Below are positions 1-10,099 of a DNA stretch of 64,000 nt, one piece after another (the stretch's first letter is position 1; each line of letters starts with the position of its first letter). Below the pieces are notes generated by a model. It ran no database searches, was not told where the DNA came from, and saw only the letters and a list, made by a program, of their open reading frames with translations. The translations under genes and the position numbers were made by a program. Origin of the DNA: a virus. Lineage: Duplodnaviria; Caudoviricetes. The stretch spans positions 10,870 through 74,869 of the IMG/VR virus record IMGVR_UViG_3300037419_001546; one strand, 5' to 3'.

Positions 1-3000
1 GCGGAGAGGATCCCGGGCACCGAGTACTCGTCGGGGAGTTTGTTCTTGTCGTCCTTCTCCTTCTGCGCCGCGCGCAGGGCGCGCTGGCTGGACAGGTAGT
101 CGTTGTCGGCGCGCTGCTTCTGGTTCGGCGTCGAGTTCGGGTCCGAATACACCTGGTTGCGTTTGGTGTTCGCCTCATCGACGGATTGCTGCGCGTTCTC
201 GATGTCGATCTGGTGCTTCGACTTGTAGGACGGGGCGTCGACCTGCGGCAGTTCCTTCGTCGGCGTGACACCGCCGGAGGCCTTCTGCTGCTGCAGCTCG
301 GCCACCTTCTGGTGCGCGCTGTCGACCTTCTGCTGCAGTTCCCGCTTGTCGTCGTCGGTCAGGTTCTTCTTGAACTGCAGGTCGGTGGCCTGGTCCTTCT
401 CGGCCTTCTGCTGCGCCTGGATGGCCTGCTGCAGTTTCTGCTCGTCGTCGTTGGTCCAGCCGACCGCGCCGCCGGTGGCCATGCCTCGGACGAGGCCGGC
501 CTTCAGTGCGGCACGGAACCGGTAGACGCCGGCCTGGCCGCCGAGCTTCTGGACGTCGGTCGTGTCGAGCATGTGCTCGCCGTCCATGGCGAGCAGCGGC
601 ACCGAGTCCACGCCGGGGATACCGCCAGAGATCGCGCCGCCGAGCGCTTTCGGCGCCGCCGGGATCACCGCCGGAGCGCCCGGCCCGGCCACACCTGGAG
701 TCGTCAGGAACTGGTAGGCGAGCGCCGGGTTTTGCACCGAGACGGTGACGTTCTTCGTCTCCGGCTTCGTGATGTCGGCGATGTCGGTCCGGGCCTTCGC
801 ATCGTCGAGGACGATCTTCACCGAGCCATCGGGCAGCGTATCCACGATGCGACCGAGTTCGCCGAGCTGCCGCTTCTGGTCATCAGTGGGGGTCTTGACC
901 ACCACGGTCCGGCCATCGAGAGCGGTTACGTTCTCGATGGCGATGCCCATGCCACGGAAGGCGTCCGCACCTTCTTTGGTGATGACGTTCGTGGTTCCCA
1001 ACGACGCCGCGGTGCGCCGGTTGGACTCGCCCATCTTCGCCAGCTCGGAATCGACGCCGTTCAGCTGGCCGCCGAGTGTGGCCGCGCTCTCGCCGATGTC
1101 GTTGAGGTTGTTCTTCAGCTCGTGCAGGTCGGGCAGACGGTTCTCGCCCGTGTGCTTGCCAGCCGTCGCCGCGGTGAATTTGTCGACCGCCGGCTGTACA
1201 CCCGCGAGAGCCGCGGCGATTTCCTCGTCGGACAGGCCGGTCTGAGACCGGATGTCTTCCCACTGGCGATTGGGCCGGGCGCGCTGCTGCTCGACAACGA
1301 TCCCCGTGAGCCGCTGGTTGATCCGATCCTTTGCTGCGGAGTCGAGCCCCGTCGCGCCGGAGACCAGATCCTGCGTGTTCACGCCGAGGGTCTGGGCGCG
1401 CTCCAGATAGCCGCCCTTCTCCAGGAACTGCGCGGTGCTCTTGCGGGTCGCCTCGGTGGCGAGACCGGACTGCTTGTCCAGGGTTTCGCCGAGGGTCTGC
1501 AGTTCCTGACGCTGCCGCGCGGCAGCGTCGGCCGCCTCCTGGTGCTTGGTCGCGAGGAATCCCAACCCGACCGTGGCGGCGCCGATCGCCAGACCCCACG
1601 GCCCGCCGAGCGCGGAACCGATCAGCGTGGACACGCCGCCCATCGCGGAACCGAGCTTCCCGGCGCCGCCCTCGGCTGCCTCGGACGCGCCACGTTTGAA
1701 GGTGGACAGCGCGCCGCCGGCGGTCTCGATCGAGCCCTTCATGATGTCGAAGACGGGGCCGATCGTCTTGAACGCCAGGTATGCGAGGACGACGTCTTGC
1801 ACCAGCTGCGGGTGCTCGCCGAGCAGTTTCGCCGCGGCCTGGAGGAACGGCATCAGCAGCGACGACCAGGTGCTACTCGCCTCGTACACGGCGTGGATCA
1901 GGCTCGGAAGCTGCTCGAGGATCGGCTCCCATTCCTTCAGCTGGCCCTGGCCGTCGCGGAAGAACTCCGTCAGCTTCTGTTGCCCGTCAGTGGATTTCAA
2001 CCACACCGCCATGCGCTCGGTGAGGTGATCGACCGTGACCAGCAATCCGTCGCCATCACCCTTCGCGGCCTTCAGCACCGACGACAGCGACGAACCCAGA
2101 TTGGCGAGGATCGAGCCGAGCGTCTTCACCGCGTCAACACCCTCGTGCATGTGCTGCGCGAGCTCGCCCGACTGCTGCGACTGCTGCAGATAGTGATCGA
2201 GCCGCGTGCTCAGATTGGCGAATCCCTGCCCGAATTCCGGCAGGAACTTGCTGCCCTCAGTGGTGAGGATGCGGATCGAGTCGATGATCGGGACGATCGC
2301 GCCGTTGGCCTTGTCCGCGCCCTTGGCGGTGTTGTCGAAGATCGTCGACAGCGCGCCCTGCGACTTGTCGTTGCCCAGCTCGGTGAGCGCGGTCTTGATC
2401 CCCGTGTTGAACGACCCCGCAACGCCCTTCATGCCCTTCTCCAGGACAGGAATGTCGTTCGAGATCGTCTGCTTCAGCGGCGCCGCGACACCTTCGAACA
2501 TCGCGCCCTGAACGGTCTTCTCCAGCGACTTCACCTGAGCGTCGGCGCCCCTGGTCGCCATGACGACCTCTTGCGCGCTGGAGGCCATCTGGCCATACGC
2601 CGCAGCAGCCTTCTTCGGGTCGTCGCTGAACGCGTCCTTCATGCCCTGCAACCCGACGACCAGCGTCGAAATACCAGCGCCCGCACCGGCGAAGATCCCC
2701 GGCAGCAGCAGGCCAGCCTGCGACACCTGCTGGATCGACGTCGCCATACCGGCCAGCGCGGCCGCCGCTGCGGGCAGATTCCCGACACCGATCGCGCCAG
2801 CGTTCACCAGCGCCGACGACGGCAGCTTGCCGAGCGCGTCCTTCAAGGTGGAGGTGTCGATCTCCATCTTGGCCTTGATGTCCCGGCTGGCCTGCTTTCG
2901 GAACGCCTCGGTCTTGGCAGTCGCGGCGCCGACATCGGCGTCGATGTTGACAGTGAGGTCGGCGCCGTAGAAGTCCCGGAAGTCCTCCATATCGGCGGAG

Positions 3001-3218
3001 GCGCGCGTGGTGTCGAGCTCGACACCGATATCGAGATCCCGCTCGGCGGTATCGCGCAGTTCCTCGATATCCCGCAGTGCCTGCGCAGTATCAGCGACAA
3101 CCGGGATGGCGATCTCGGCGTCCACCGCCTCTAGGTGCGCGCGCAGCTTGATGACGAAGTCGTCGAAGTTCGGGGAGATGTCGACGCTGGCCGAGCCGGC
3201 CGAGTAGTTCCTGGCCAC
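1..3218 (-). CDS. Tape measure protein, phage A (3' end outside window)
   Basis: GTG start at 3218 after GGAGG (MARNYSAGSASVDISPNFDD...); long Ala-rich frame with a GGIPGVDSVPLLAMDGEH motif; follows the tail chaperones. Confidence 0.9.
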   Translation of the reverse strand, partial: MARNYSAGSASVDISPNFDDFVIKLRAHLEAVDAEIAIPVVADTAQALRDIEELRDTAERDLDIGVELDTTRASADMEDFRDFYGADLTVNIDADVGAATAKTEAFRKQASRDIKAKMEIDTSTLKDALGKLPSSALVNAGAIGVGNLPAAAAALAGMATSIQQVSQAGLLLPGIFAGAGAGISTLVVGLQGMKDAFSDDPKKAAAAYGQMASSAQEVVMATRGADAQVKSLEKTVQGAMFEGVAAPLKQTISNDIPVLEKGMKGVAGSFNTGIKTALTELGNDKSQGALSTIFDNTAKGADKANGAIVPIIDSIRILTTEGSKFLPEFGQGFANLSTRLDHYLQQSQQSGELAQHMHEGVDAVKTLGSILANLGSSLSSVLKAAKGDGDGLLVTVDHLTERMAVWLKSTDGQQKLTEFFRDGQGQLKEWEPILEQLPSLIHAVYEASSTWSSLLMPFLQAAAKLLGEHPQLVQDVVLAYLAFKTIGPVFDIMKGSIETAGGALSTFKRGASEAAEGGAGKLGSAMGGVSTLIGSALGGPWGLAIGAATVGLGFLATKHQEAADAAARQRQELQTLGETLDKQSGLATEATRKSTAQFLEKGGYLERAQTLGVNTQDLVSGATGLDSAAKDRINQRLTGIVVEQQRARPNRQWEDIRSQTGLSDEEIAAALAGVQPAVDKFTAATAGKHTGENRLPDLHELKNNLNDIGESAATLGGQLNGVDSELAKMGESNRRTAASLGTTNVITKEGADAFRGMGIAIENVTALDGRTVVVKTPTDDQKRQLGELGRIVDTLPDGSVKIVLDDAKARTDIADITKPETKNVTVSVQNPALAYQFLTTPGVAGPGAPAVIPAAPKALGGAISGGIPGVDSVPLLAMDGEHMLDTTDVQKLGGQAGVYRFRAALKAGLVRGMATGGAVGWTNDDEQKLQQAIQAQQKAEKDQATDLQFKKNLTDDDKRELQQKVDSAHQKVAELQQQKASGGVTPTKELPQVDAPSYKSKHQIDIENAQQSVDEANTKRNQVYSDPNSTPNQKQRADNDYLSSQRALRAAQKEKDDKNKLPDEYSVPGILS

Positions 3219-3676
3219 TACTCACCTCCCTCCGGTACCAGCTGGAGCACGAACGCGCGCATATCTGCGCGGCGCTTGTCCTCACGTGCCTGTTGGTGCG
3301 GATATACGGGCCGCGCTGCGGTGGGCGCAGCGGACGAATCAACGCGCAAGATGGCGTAGATCAGCTGAATGAGACGGTCTTCGATGTTGGCCAGCCGGGA
3401 TTCGACCGACCCGAATCCTTCGATCGGCACCACCGGCGCTGTGTCATCGTCTTTCCGCTCGGCGAGCAGCTCGACGATCGCCGGATCCGACAGGTACGCG
3501 GCCTGGCAGTGCGATCCGGTACGCGCACGGAACGTGTCGAGGAATTCGAACAGGGTTCGCCAATCCCTCAGTCCGACAAGCCAATCGTCGAGATCGAGAC
3601 CGAGGACTTCCTGCAGGTCCCAGCGCAGGGCTGCCCCGTAGCCGCCTACGGCGTCGACGAGGCCGGAGTACCCCCC
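3218..3676 (-). CDS. -1 frameshift extension of the tail assembly chaperone (gpGT-like C-terminus)
   Basis: The -1 frame is open from G GGG GGT (3676-3670) to TAG at 3218: YSGLVDAVGGYGAALRWDLQEVLGLDLDDWLVG..., joining the 3218..3433 ORF. Confidence 0.75.
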   Translation of the reverse strand, partial: GGYSGLVDAVGGYGAALRWDLQEVLGLDLDDWLVGLRDWRTLFEFLDTFRARTGSHCQAAYLSDPAIVELLAERKDDDTAPVVPIEGFGSVESRLANIEDRLIQLIYAILRVDSSAAPTAARPVYPHQQAREDKRRADMRAFVLQLVPEGGE

Positions 3677-4104
3677 GGTACATCACCGGCGCCGGGGCCG
3701 AAAAAGTGCTCGAGGATGTGCAGATAGAAGCCGACCAGCACTCGGTCGGCGTCCGGCAGCGGCGTGAACACTGCGATGACGCGGAGGAAGTCCCGTTCGG
3801 GCAGCAGGTTCTGCAGGAACCCCACCACCTGTCCGTGTCGTGAGGTGAGCTCGAGAGTGACTCGGGTCGCCAGGTTCGTCGGCCACTCGATGACGAGCGG
3901 CGGGTCGAACCCATCCTCGGGCCCGAGCGCGAGCGGCAGCTGCGTCGCCACGGGCGTAGCGACATTCAGCCGGGAACCGCGCGCCCGATCACGCAGCGCC
4001 TCGAACGCGGCCACCCGCTGTTCGGTCACAGTCGGTTCAGCCGCGGCCGGCTTCGTCTTCTTCGCCGGCGTCTTCTTCGCGGGCGTCTTCCGTGCGGTGG
4101 TCAA
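3646..4104 (-). CDS. Tail assembly chaperone (gpG-like), phage A
   Basis: Lies between major tail and tape measure; slippery G run near the C-terminus. Confidence 0.8.
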   Translation of the reverse strand: MTTARKTPAKKTPAKKTKPAAAEPTVTEQRVAAFEALRDRARGSRLNVATPVATQLPLALGPEDGFDPPLVIEWPTNLATRVTLELTSRHGQVVGFLQNLLPERDFLRVIAVFTPLPDADRVLVGFYLHILEHFFGPGAGDVPGGTPASSTP

Positions 4105-4127
4105 CGGATTCTCCTGTTTCCCTGGCG

Positions 4128-4163
4128 GTCCTGGCGGAAGCCGCCCCCGCGCTCCGCCAGGAC
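4128..4163 (-). terminator. Hairpin downstream of the major tail gene
   Basis: 11-bp inverted repeat GTCCTGGCGGA/TCCGCCAGGAC. Confidence 0.5.
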
Positions 4164-4188
4164 GGCGCGGGGACGGCGCTCGAAGGGA

Positions 4189-5100
4189 TCAGGAGACGGT
4201 GACCGCGCAGGTGCCGTTCAGGGCGCCGAGGGTGGCCGTGATGTTGGCGGTGCCAGCCGCGACCGCGGTGACCCGGCCGGCGGCATCGACGGTGGCCTTC
4301 GAGGTCGCCGACGAGGCGTAGGTGGCCTCGGCGGTACGGTCGAAGCCGTTGTCGTCGGTAACCGTGAGACGCGCGGTCTGACCCGCCGTCAAGGCCAGGG
4401 TCGGCGGGGTCACGAGGATGGAGGACGGCGCGCTCAGAAACCCGGCATCGTCCGCGATCAGGTCGAAACCGGAACCCGCGACACCGAAGTCGTACACGCC
4501 GCCTTCGGCGCCGAAGTCGTGGTCTTCGAAGATCGTCAGGGTGTTGCCGAGCGGCAGTTCCTTGCCGGACTGGCCGTTCATCGCGCCCCGCTTCGAGGCC
4601 GCGACCTTCGGGAACATGAAGAACGGGTACAGGTCGCCGCTGGGGTTGACGTCCCGCGCGATCAGAAGGGCCGAGTAGTAGAAGACGTTCAGCTCGCTGG
4701 TCTTGCTGACTCGGAAGCCCTTGCCCGGCTGAGCGGAGGCTGCCGCCATCTGCACGTTGTGCCAGATCGACAGGTTGATCTTGCTCCACTCCTGCGCGAT
4801 GTAGTCGATGGTCATCGACTCCCCGGTGGGCACCACGCGTCGCGCCGCCGACGAGCCATAGCCCTCGATCGGGGACGTCTGCAGGTCGGGCGCCAGGCTG
4901 ACCGCGGCGGCCTTCTGGACCTCACCCGCCGTCTGCCATCCGGCCGGCAGGGTCTGGATGACGCCGGACGAATCGCAGATGTCGGTCGGCATGTAGGGCG
5001 CGCCGGGCTGCCATTCGTGCAGGAACAGAGCCCAGTCGAGCGCGGAGAAGACGAGAGAATCGTTCTTGCCCTTCAGGGCGTGATACGTGGTAGCGGGCAT
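4189..5100 (-). CDS. Major tail protein with C-terminal Ig-like (Big_2-type) domain
   Basis: Position; C-terminal ...VTPPTLALTAGQTARLTV...SSATSKATVDAAGRVTAVAAGTANITAT. Confidence 0.85.
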   Translation of the reverse strand: MPATTYHALKGKNDSLVFSALDWALFLHEWQPGAPYMPTDICDSSGVIQTLPAGWQTAGEVQKAAAVSLAPDLQTSPIEGYGSSAARRVVPTGESMTIDYIAQEWSKINLSIWHNVQMAAASAQPGKGFRVSKTSELNVFYYSALLIARDVNPSGDLYPFFMFPKVAASKRGAMNGQSGKELPLGNTLTIFEDHDFGAEGGVYDFGVAGSGFDLIADDAGFLSAPSSILVTPPTLALTAGQTARLTVTDDNGFDRTAEATYASSATSKATVDAAGRVTAVAAGTANITATLGALNGTCAVTVS

Positions 5101-5172
5101 TGTCCGCTCCTTTCGGCATGACGAAACGCCGCGACCCCAACCCCAGGGCGCGGTGTGAAAGTTCGAAAACGG

Positions 5173-5667
5173 TTACAATGGAAGCGATTCGCGGATGGCC
5201 GCGTAATCGGGCAGGTTCTGCGGGAGACGGCACTCGACGTTGAAGGTGGCCGAGACCAGCCTGTGGTCCGGCTCAATTTCGGGCACCTGCTGTGGCCCGT
5301 CCATCTCCTCGATCGAGGCGACCTGGGTGATCGAGCCGTCCTCGCGGCGCACGGGCCCGCCATGCTCGTAGGACAGCAGCATCTGCCGCAGATACTCGAG
5401 CAGCTTCCAGCTGTCGGCACGAGTCGCGGTGATGACGCGCAGCTGCACGGCCGCCGGATCCCAGAGCCCCTCGGAGCTGAGACCACCGCGGTAGATCCAT
5501 GCGACGGGCACCCCGCTGTCGACCAGTGCGAAGTGGTCGTCCAGCAGCCACGTCACCGCGACACCTTGCGGCGTGAGGAGATCCAGGTACTTCTGCACCA
5601 GATCGCACATGACCAGCTCACGGTCCGGCCAGCCGCCCTCGTACCAGTCGGGATACTGGATGCTCAC
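5173..5667 (-). CDS. Tail terminator-like protein
   Basis: Directly upstream of major tail; YPDWYEGGWPDRE N-terminus typical of actinophage tail terminators. Confidence 0.65.
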   Translation of the reverse strand: MSIQYPDWYEGGWPDRELVMCDLVQKYLDLLTPQGVAVTWLLDDHFALVDSGVPVAWIYRGGLSSEGLWDPAAVQLRVITATRADSWKLLEYLRQMLLSYEHGGPVRREDGSITQVASIEEMDGPQQVPEIEPDHRLVSATFNVECRLPQNLPDYAAIRESLPL

Positions 5668-5984
5668 AGCCTGCCCAATCGGTTGAGCACGGTGATCAGA
5701 TCGTGCGCGCCGTGGGTTTGCTCGGTGTCGAACTCGTGCGAGGCACCGTAACCGGCTTCCTCGCCGCCGACGGTCAGCCGAGACACCCAGCGATCCTTCT
5801 TGCGGCCACCGATGAACGTCGAGACCCGCGCCGAACGCGCCAGGCGTCCAGAGCGTTTCGCGACGATCTCACGGTAGATGGCCTGCGCGATCTCACCGCG
5901 CTCGAACATCAGCGACCGCATCTGCGGCCCCTTCGCGATCTCGGTGAGCGCCGGATTCGGATTCGCGGGAATATCGTGCTTCAC
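5664..5984 (-). CDS. Neck/tail-completion protein (HK97 gp10-like)
   Basis: GTG start overlapping the previous stop; ...VAKRSGRLARS...YGASHEFDT motif; synteny. Confidence 0.55.
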   Translation of the reverse strand: MKHDIPANPNPALTEIAKGPQMRSLMFERGEIAQAIYREIVAKRSGRLARSARVSTFIGGRKKDRWVSRLTVGGEEAGYGASHEFDTEQTHGAHDLITVLNRLGRL

Positions 5985-6337
5985 GCGCCGACTCCCTTCA
6001 GCTTCACGATCTTGTAGCCGGGATCCCATCCCGTCATCGGGTGGATCTGGTCCCACTGCGCCGGGCCGATAGGAATCCAGATCTGCGAATCACCCTGCCG
6101 CCGAAGCCGATCGGTCGGCTCGACATCCGAGCCCTTGGGCACGGCAAGGTTGCCGCTCGTCGTCGAGGCGGTGCGGCGGTCGTCATCCCCACGCACAGAT
6201 GCGCCGGACTGGGATTCGGACCAGAACACGGCCTGGTCGATCGTGTGGTGCACCGTGAGCGTCTGGTCACCGACCCGGTCCCGGGTGCCGCGCAGCACTT
6301 CCCACGTCTCGCCGTAGGTGATGCTGATCGGGTTCAC
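5981..6337 (-). CDS. Head-to-tail stopper
   Basis: Synteny; 118 aa beta-rich protein. Confidence 0.6.
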   Translation of the reverse strand: MNPISITYGETWEVLRGTRDRVGDQTLTVHHTIDQAVFWSESQSGASVRGDDDRRTASTTSGNLAVPKGSDVEPTDRLRRQGDSQIWIPIGPAQWDQIHPMTGWDPGYKIVKLKGVGA

Positions 6338-6732
6338 AGTCCCGGCCCGGTCATCGAGACAGCGCCGGAGACATTCACGCCGAGTAGGGACAAGATTGCG
6401 TCGCGCTCCGCGTCGTAGACGAACAGATTGCCATCAGGGTTCCGGAACGCCACCTGGGTGTTGAACGGCCCCATGGTCTGCTGCATCTGCGTAGCGCCCT
6501 CAATGCCGCCACCGGCAGCCAGAGCGCGGCGAACCATGTTGCAGGACAGGATCTTCAAACCCTCGCTCAGCTCAGTATCGTCGACCGCCAGGGTCTCGAT
6601 GTCGCCGTAGGGTTTGAACCAGACCTTCAGCCACCACGCGGCATCACCGAGCAGCACTTCGGCGCGATCCTGCTCCGCCTGGGAGAGGGCGCGCCAGCGT
6701 GCACTGATGTCGGCAGGGGTGGCGAAGGCCAT
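6334..6732 (-). CDS. Head-to-tail adaptor (Gp19/Gp15/Gp42-like)
   Basis: MAFATPADISARWRAL...QTMGPF...NPDGNLFV motif. Confidence 0.75.
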   Translation of the reverse strand: MAFATPADISARWRALSQAEQDRAEVLLGDAAWWLKVWFKPYGDIETLAVDDTELSEGLKILSCNMVRRALAAGGGIEGATQMQQTMGPFNTQVAFRNPDGNLFVYDAERDAILSLLGVNVSGAVSMTGPGL

Positions 6733-6734
6733 GG

Positions 6735-7106
6735 CTACTCCTCCGTCTTGCGGCCGGACTGCCGCGGTGCGGCCTTCTTCGCCGGCGTGGCCTTCTTCGC
6801 CGGTTCCGGCTCGGACTCCGGCTGCGGCTCAGGCTCCGCTTCCAGCTCGGGTTCCGGCTGCGGTTCCGCTTCCGGTTCCGGCTGGGGTTCCGGCTCGGGA
6901 GCGGGCTCCGGCTCCGGCGCGCGTTCCGGCTCGGGCTCCGGCTGCGGCTCAGGCTCCTGGCCCTGCACCACGTTGATCCGGTCGAACCGTTCCAGGAAGT
7001 CCGGATGCACCTCGACGGTGTCCCCGGCGTACGCCAGCCGATGCCGGCCGTCCGGACGCTGATAGGTCATCAGGCCCACGCGGACGGTGCGCTTGGCCGC
7101 ACTCAT
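6735..7106 (-). CDS. Small virion-cluster protein with a Pro/Glu repeat tract
   Basis: [10 protein letters not shown]-type tract of about 50 aa followed by [10 protein letters not shown]. Confidence 0.7.
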   Translation of the reverse strand: MSAAKRTVRVGLMTYQRPDGRHRLAYAGDTVEVHPDFLERFDRINVVQGQEPEPQPEPEPERAPEPEPAPEPEPQPEPEAEPQPEPELEAEPEPQPESEPEPAKKATPAKKAAPRQSGRKTEE

Positions 7107-8011
7107 GCCGCCAGCCCCGTCACCTTCAGCACCGAATACGGCTGGGTGACCGCGAACACGGGCCGGATCGAGGTCTGCACCCAGGTCGACTCGGTGCTCT
7201 CGTCACGCCAGGTGACGGTGCGCAGTTCCTGCTCGAACCGCATCTGGCCGACCATGCCGGCCTCCACCGCGTACGCGGTGCCCGCCGTGACCTGGTTCGA
7301 CGAGATCATCTCGACGTTGTTGTTGGCCAGCACATCCCGCCACCGATCACCGTAGGTGGTCTGGAAGTTGGTCATCTCCTGCGGATTCACGATCCACAGG
7401 TTGTACTCGCCACCCAGCTCGAAGGTGTCGGCCTTCAGCTGCGCCTTCGCGAAGTCGGCCGCCGGCTGGATGTTGTTCGCCGTGGTGGTCAGCGTCAGCC
7501 CCGCGGCATCGGCCCACGACACACCGGTCATCTGCACATCGGAGCCGATCGCGGTGATACTGGCATCCAGCTCGGCGATCGCCCGCCGATGCAGATCCTT
7601 GGTGATCGTGTTGCCCAGCTTCGCGCCCTCGTTCTGGATGACCGAGAGATCGTTGCGGTCGCGGGCCTCGTCGGTGATCCGGAACTTGCCACCGATCTTC
7701 TTGACCAGCGACACCTGCGGCGCCGGCCGATCGAAGGTCACCTCGGGGAACTCGGCGCCCGGCGCGACTTCCTGCACGTTGCGAGTCGCGAACAGGTCGT
7801 TCGCCAGCAGCTGCGTGTACAGCAGCGCACCGCCCGACACCCCACCGGGAGTCGAGAAGATGCGGTTGGCGAAGAACTTCTTCAGCGCGATATCGCTGAT
7901 GTAGGTGTTGATCCGCGTCGGCTGCTGAAGCATCAGGTCGACGGTGATGTTGTTGCCGGAGACGCTGGGCGTGCCGAGCGGGTACTCCTGGCTGTACGCA
8001 GTAGGTGCCAT
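7103..8011 (-). CDS. Major capsid protein, phage A
   Basis: 302 aa after scaffold and decoration genes; VAPGAEFP...[17 protein letters not shown] motif. Confidence 0.85.
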   Translation of the reverse strand: MAPTAYSQEYPLGTPSVSGNNITVDLMLQQPTRINTYISDIALKKFFANRIFSTPGGVSGGALLYTQLLANDLFATRNVQEVAPGAEFPEVTFDRPAPQVSLVKKIGGKFRITDEARDRNDLSVIQNEGAKLGNTITKDLHRRAIAELDASITAIGSDVQMTGVSWADAAGLTLTTTANNIQPAADFAKAQLKADTFELGGEYNLWIVNPQEMTNFQTTYGDRWRDVLANNNVEMISSNQVTAGTAYAVEAGMVGQMRFEQELRTVTWRDESTESTWVQTSIRPVFAVTQPYSVLKVTGLAA

Positions 8012-8028
8012 GGTCGGTACCTCCTATC

Positions 8029-8412
8029 TCAGGCGCCCGGCAGGGCGACGAAAATGGTGTCGCCGTTGGCGGATGCGGAACTGCAGGCCTTGCCGACGGA
8101 CTTGCCGGAGGCGAGGGTGATGGCCCGGCCGGAGGCGTTGACCTCCACCTCGACGCCCGCGGTGATCGCGGCACCGGCCAGCACCTCGACGACACCGCCG
8201 CGTAGGACGGGCACCGTGGCGCCGGACACCGCGTCGTAGGCGGCGACGCCGAGTGCCTTCGCGCCCGCCGCGGCGGTGGCGCCCTTGAGCATCCCGGTGG
8301 TCGCGTCGGGCGCGGCCGAGATATCGACGAAGGTCTTGCCCGTCACGTTCCCGGTGAGCAGCACAGTGATGTCCTTGCCCGGCCGGAACAGAGGGCGGCT
8401 CTCATTTGCCAT
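8029..8412 (-). CDS. Capsid decoration/cement protein
   Basis: Ala/Gly-rich 127 aa, GVAAYDA...AGAAITAGVEVEVNASGRAI; lies between scaffold and capsid. Confidence 0.7.
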   Translation of the reverse strand: MANESRPLFRPGKDITVLLTGNVTGKTFVDISAAPDATTGMLKGATAAAGAKALGVAAYDAVSGATVPVLRGGVVEVLAGAAITAGVEVEVNASGRAITLASGKSVGKACSSASANGDTIFVALPGA

Positions 8413-8431
8413 GAGCGAGCCTTCCTTTCCG

Positions 8432-9043
8432 TTATGTGCGTGCCCGCGGCATCCAATCCGCGGGATATGAGTTGTCCACCGCGGGCGGTGGGGTGGGCGA
8501 GGCGCCGGGCCTCAGCGACTCCAGCGGCCGATCACTCGGCGGCGCGGGGGCCGGTTCTTTCGCTGCACCGAATCCCTTGGCCGCCAAACGGGCGGCGCGG
8601 GCGTCCAGCTCTTCCGGGGTGCCTGACCCCAGCAAGTCCCAGTCCTCCTCGGGGATGCCGTGTTTCGCGGCCACCCGCAGGAGGGCGTTTTCGGTCCGAC
8701 TCTTGGCCAGATCTTCTTCGAGCTGCGTCGCGCGCTCGGTGGCACGCTGGATATCGGTCTTCTCCGCTTCCAGCTGCTGGTTGTACTTCTCGACGATCGG
8801 CTCGGCATCGCGCAGCTTCGCGCGGTAGCCGGCGGCCTGATTGCGCGCCTTCGCCAGCGCAGCCTTCAGATCCTCGGTCGTCCAGTTCTTCTCGGCGTTC
8901 GGATCGTCCGCTGCGGCCGGCTCGACCGGCTCGGGAGCGGGAGCGGGCGGGGCCACGACGGGTGGCATGTCCGCCGGTGTCGGCGCACCGCCCTGTCCAC
9001 CTGCTCCGGTCTCGATTCCGAGGGGCGCGATGCTGTCGGTCAC
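8432..9043 (-). CDS. Scaffolding protein
   Basis: GTG start after CAGGAGG; coiled coil KARNQAAGYRAKL...EAEKTD; precedes the capsid genes. Confidence 0.75.
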   Translation of the reverse strand: MTDSIAPLGIETGAGGQGGAPTPADMPPVVAPPAPAPEPVEPAAADDPNAEKNWTTEDLKAALAKARNQAAGYRAKLRDAEPIVEKYNQQLEAEKTDIQRATERATQLEEDLAKSRTENALLRVAAKHGIPEEDWDLLGSGTPEELDARAARLAAKGFGAAKEPAPAPPSDRPLESLRPGASPTPPPAVDNSYPADWMPRART

Positions 9044-9085
9044 GTTGTCCTCCTGGGACGTTGGGGCCGCCACCAGGGCGGCCGG

Positions 9086-10096
9086 TTAGAGATACGACTC
9101 GAATCTCTTGATCTGGCGGCGCGTGTACTGCACGGGCTCCGAATCCTCGGACCGGCCTTCGTCCAGCAGGCGGGCCAGCGTGGCTCGCAGGATCGGCAGA
9201 TGGTGCAGCGCCTCGTCCCGTTTGCTCTTCGCCGGTTTCGGCTGCGCCCCCGTCTTTCGCGGTGTCCGGGCGCCTTCCCGCGCCGGGGCAGCTGGGTCGG
9301 TACCGGCGTAGGCGTGGCCGAAGGCCTTCGCCGCTTCCTTGCCGCCGAGTCCGGCTGTCGAGGTAGCCCACAGGTCTTCGAGCCGTTCGTATTCCTCGCG
9401 GCCCTTCCAGTCCTGGCCTTTGCGGACGAGGACGACCTCGCAGTCGCAGTGGTCGTGGTACGTGTCCGCCGCATGTCCACCGCGGAACCGGGCCGCTCGC
9501 TCGCTGGAGTAGACCGGGCCGCGGCTGGCGAGCATCGCGCAGAACGCGCAATTCTCTTCGCCGGTGAGCACCCGCGCCCACCCGATCCGCTCGCCCGCCG
9601 AATCCGCTGTGTCGGTGACCGCTTCGCGGCCGGCCTGCCGGGCGTGGCGGGCCAGTGTCGCGCCCACTCGATCGGCCACCACCCGGGTCACCGCGGGATC
9701 GGTGCGGGTCTTCTCGGTCACCGTCACCCGTACGCGGGACTGCCTACGGGACTGCGGATCCAGCGTCGCTACCTGCGGTGTCCGCTCTCGGACCGTCACT
9801 CGAGCGCGCGGCCGCGGCGAGCTGCTCGCAATCTTCGGCACCTCGACGGTCGGCGCGGTCGCCTCGGCGAGCACCTTCTCGATCGCTTCCACCTTGTACG
9901 GCCGGATCGGCGCCGGCCGGATCATGGGGGCAGTCGCCCGGATGTGTTCCACCGCGGCCTCGTACTCGCGTTGCCGGTGCTGCTGCACGATCGGCAGCAA
10001 TTTCCGCGCCAGAGCGGCGATTTCGGCATCGGTGAGCGGCACGGTGGTCATGCGCCGCCACACCAGCCGCCGCAGCAGCCGGATCAGCGCGTTCAC
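9086..10096 (-). CDS. Capsid maturation/MuF-like minor head protein
   Basis: GWARVLTGEENCAFCAMLASRGPVY...YHDHCDC motif; follows portal. Confidence 0.7.
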   Translation of the reverse strand: MNALIRLLRRLVWRRMTTVPLTDAEIAALARKLLPIVQQHRQREYEAAVEHIRATAPMIRPAPIRPYKVEAIEKVLAEATAPTVEVPKIASSSPRPRARVTVRERTPQVATLDPQSRRQSRVRVTVTEKTRTDPAVTRVVADRVGATLARHARQAGREAVTDTADSAGERIGWARVLTGEENCAFCAMLASRGPVYSSERAARFRGGHAADTYHDHCDCEVVLVRKGQDWKGREEYERLEDLWATSTAGLGGKEAAKAFGHAYAGTDPAAPAREGARTPRKTGAQPKPAKSKRDEALHHLPILRATLARLLDEGRSEDSEPVQYTRRQIKRFESYL

Positions 10097-10099
10097 CGG

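Noticed and set aside
186-3134. 982-aa plus-strand ORF and many other long antisense ORFs (e.g. 11313..13481, 47495..49723, 57573..59207)
   Set aside because: Shadow frames opposite well-supported minus-strand phage genes; expected from high-GC codon bias; no recognisable motifs
6805-6960. CRISPR-like or regulatory DNA repeat
   Set aside because: Short degenerate codon repeats encoding a Pro/Glu tract; no unique spacers. No CRISPR array was seen anywhere in the window
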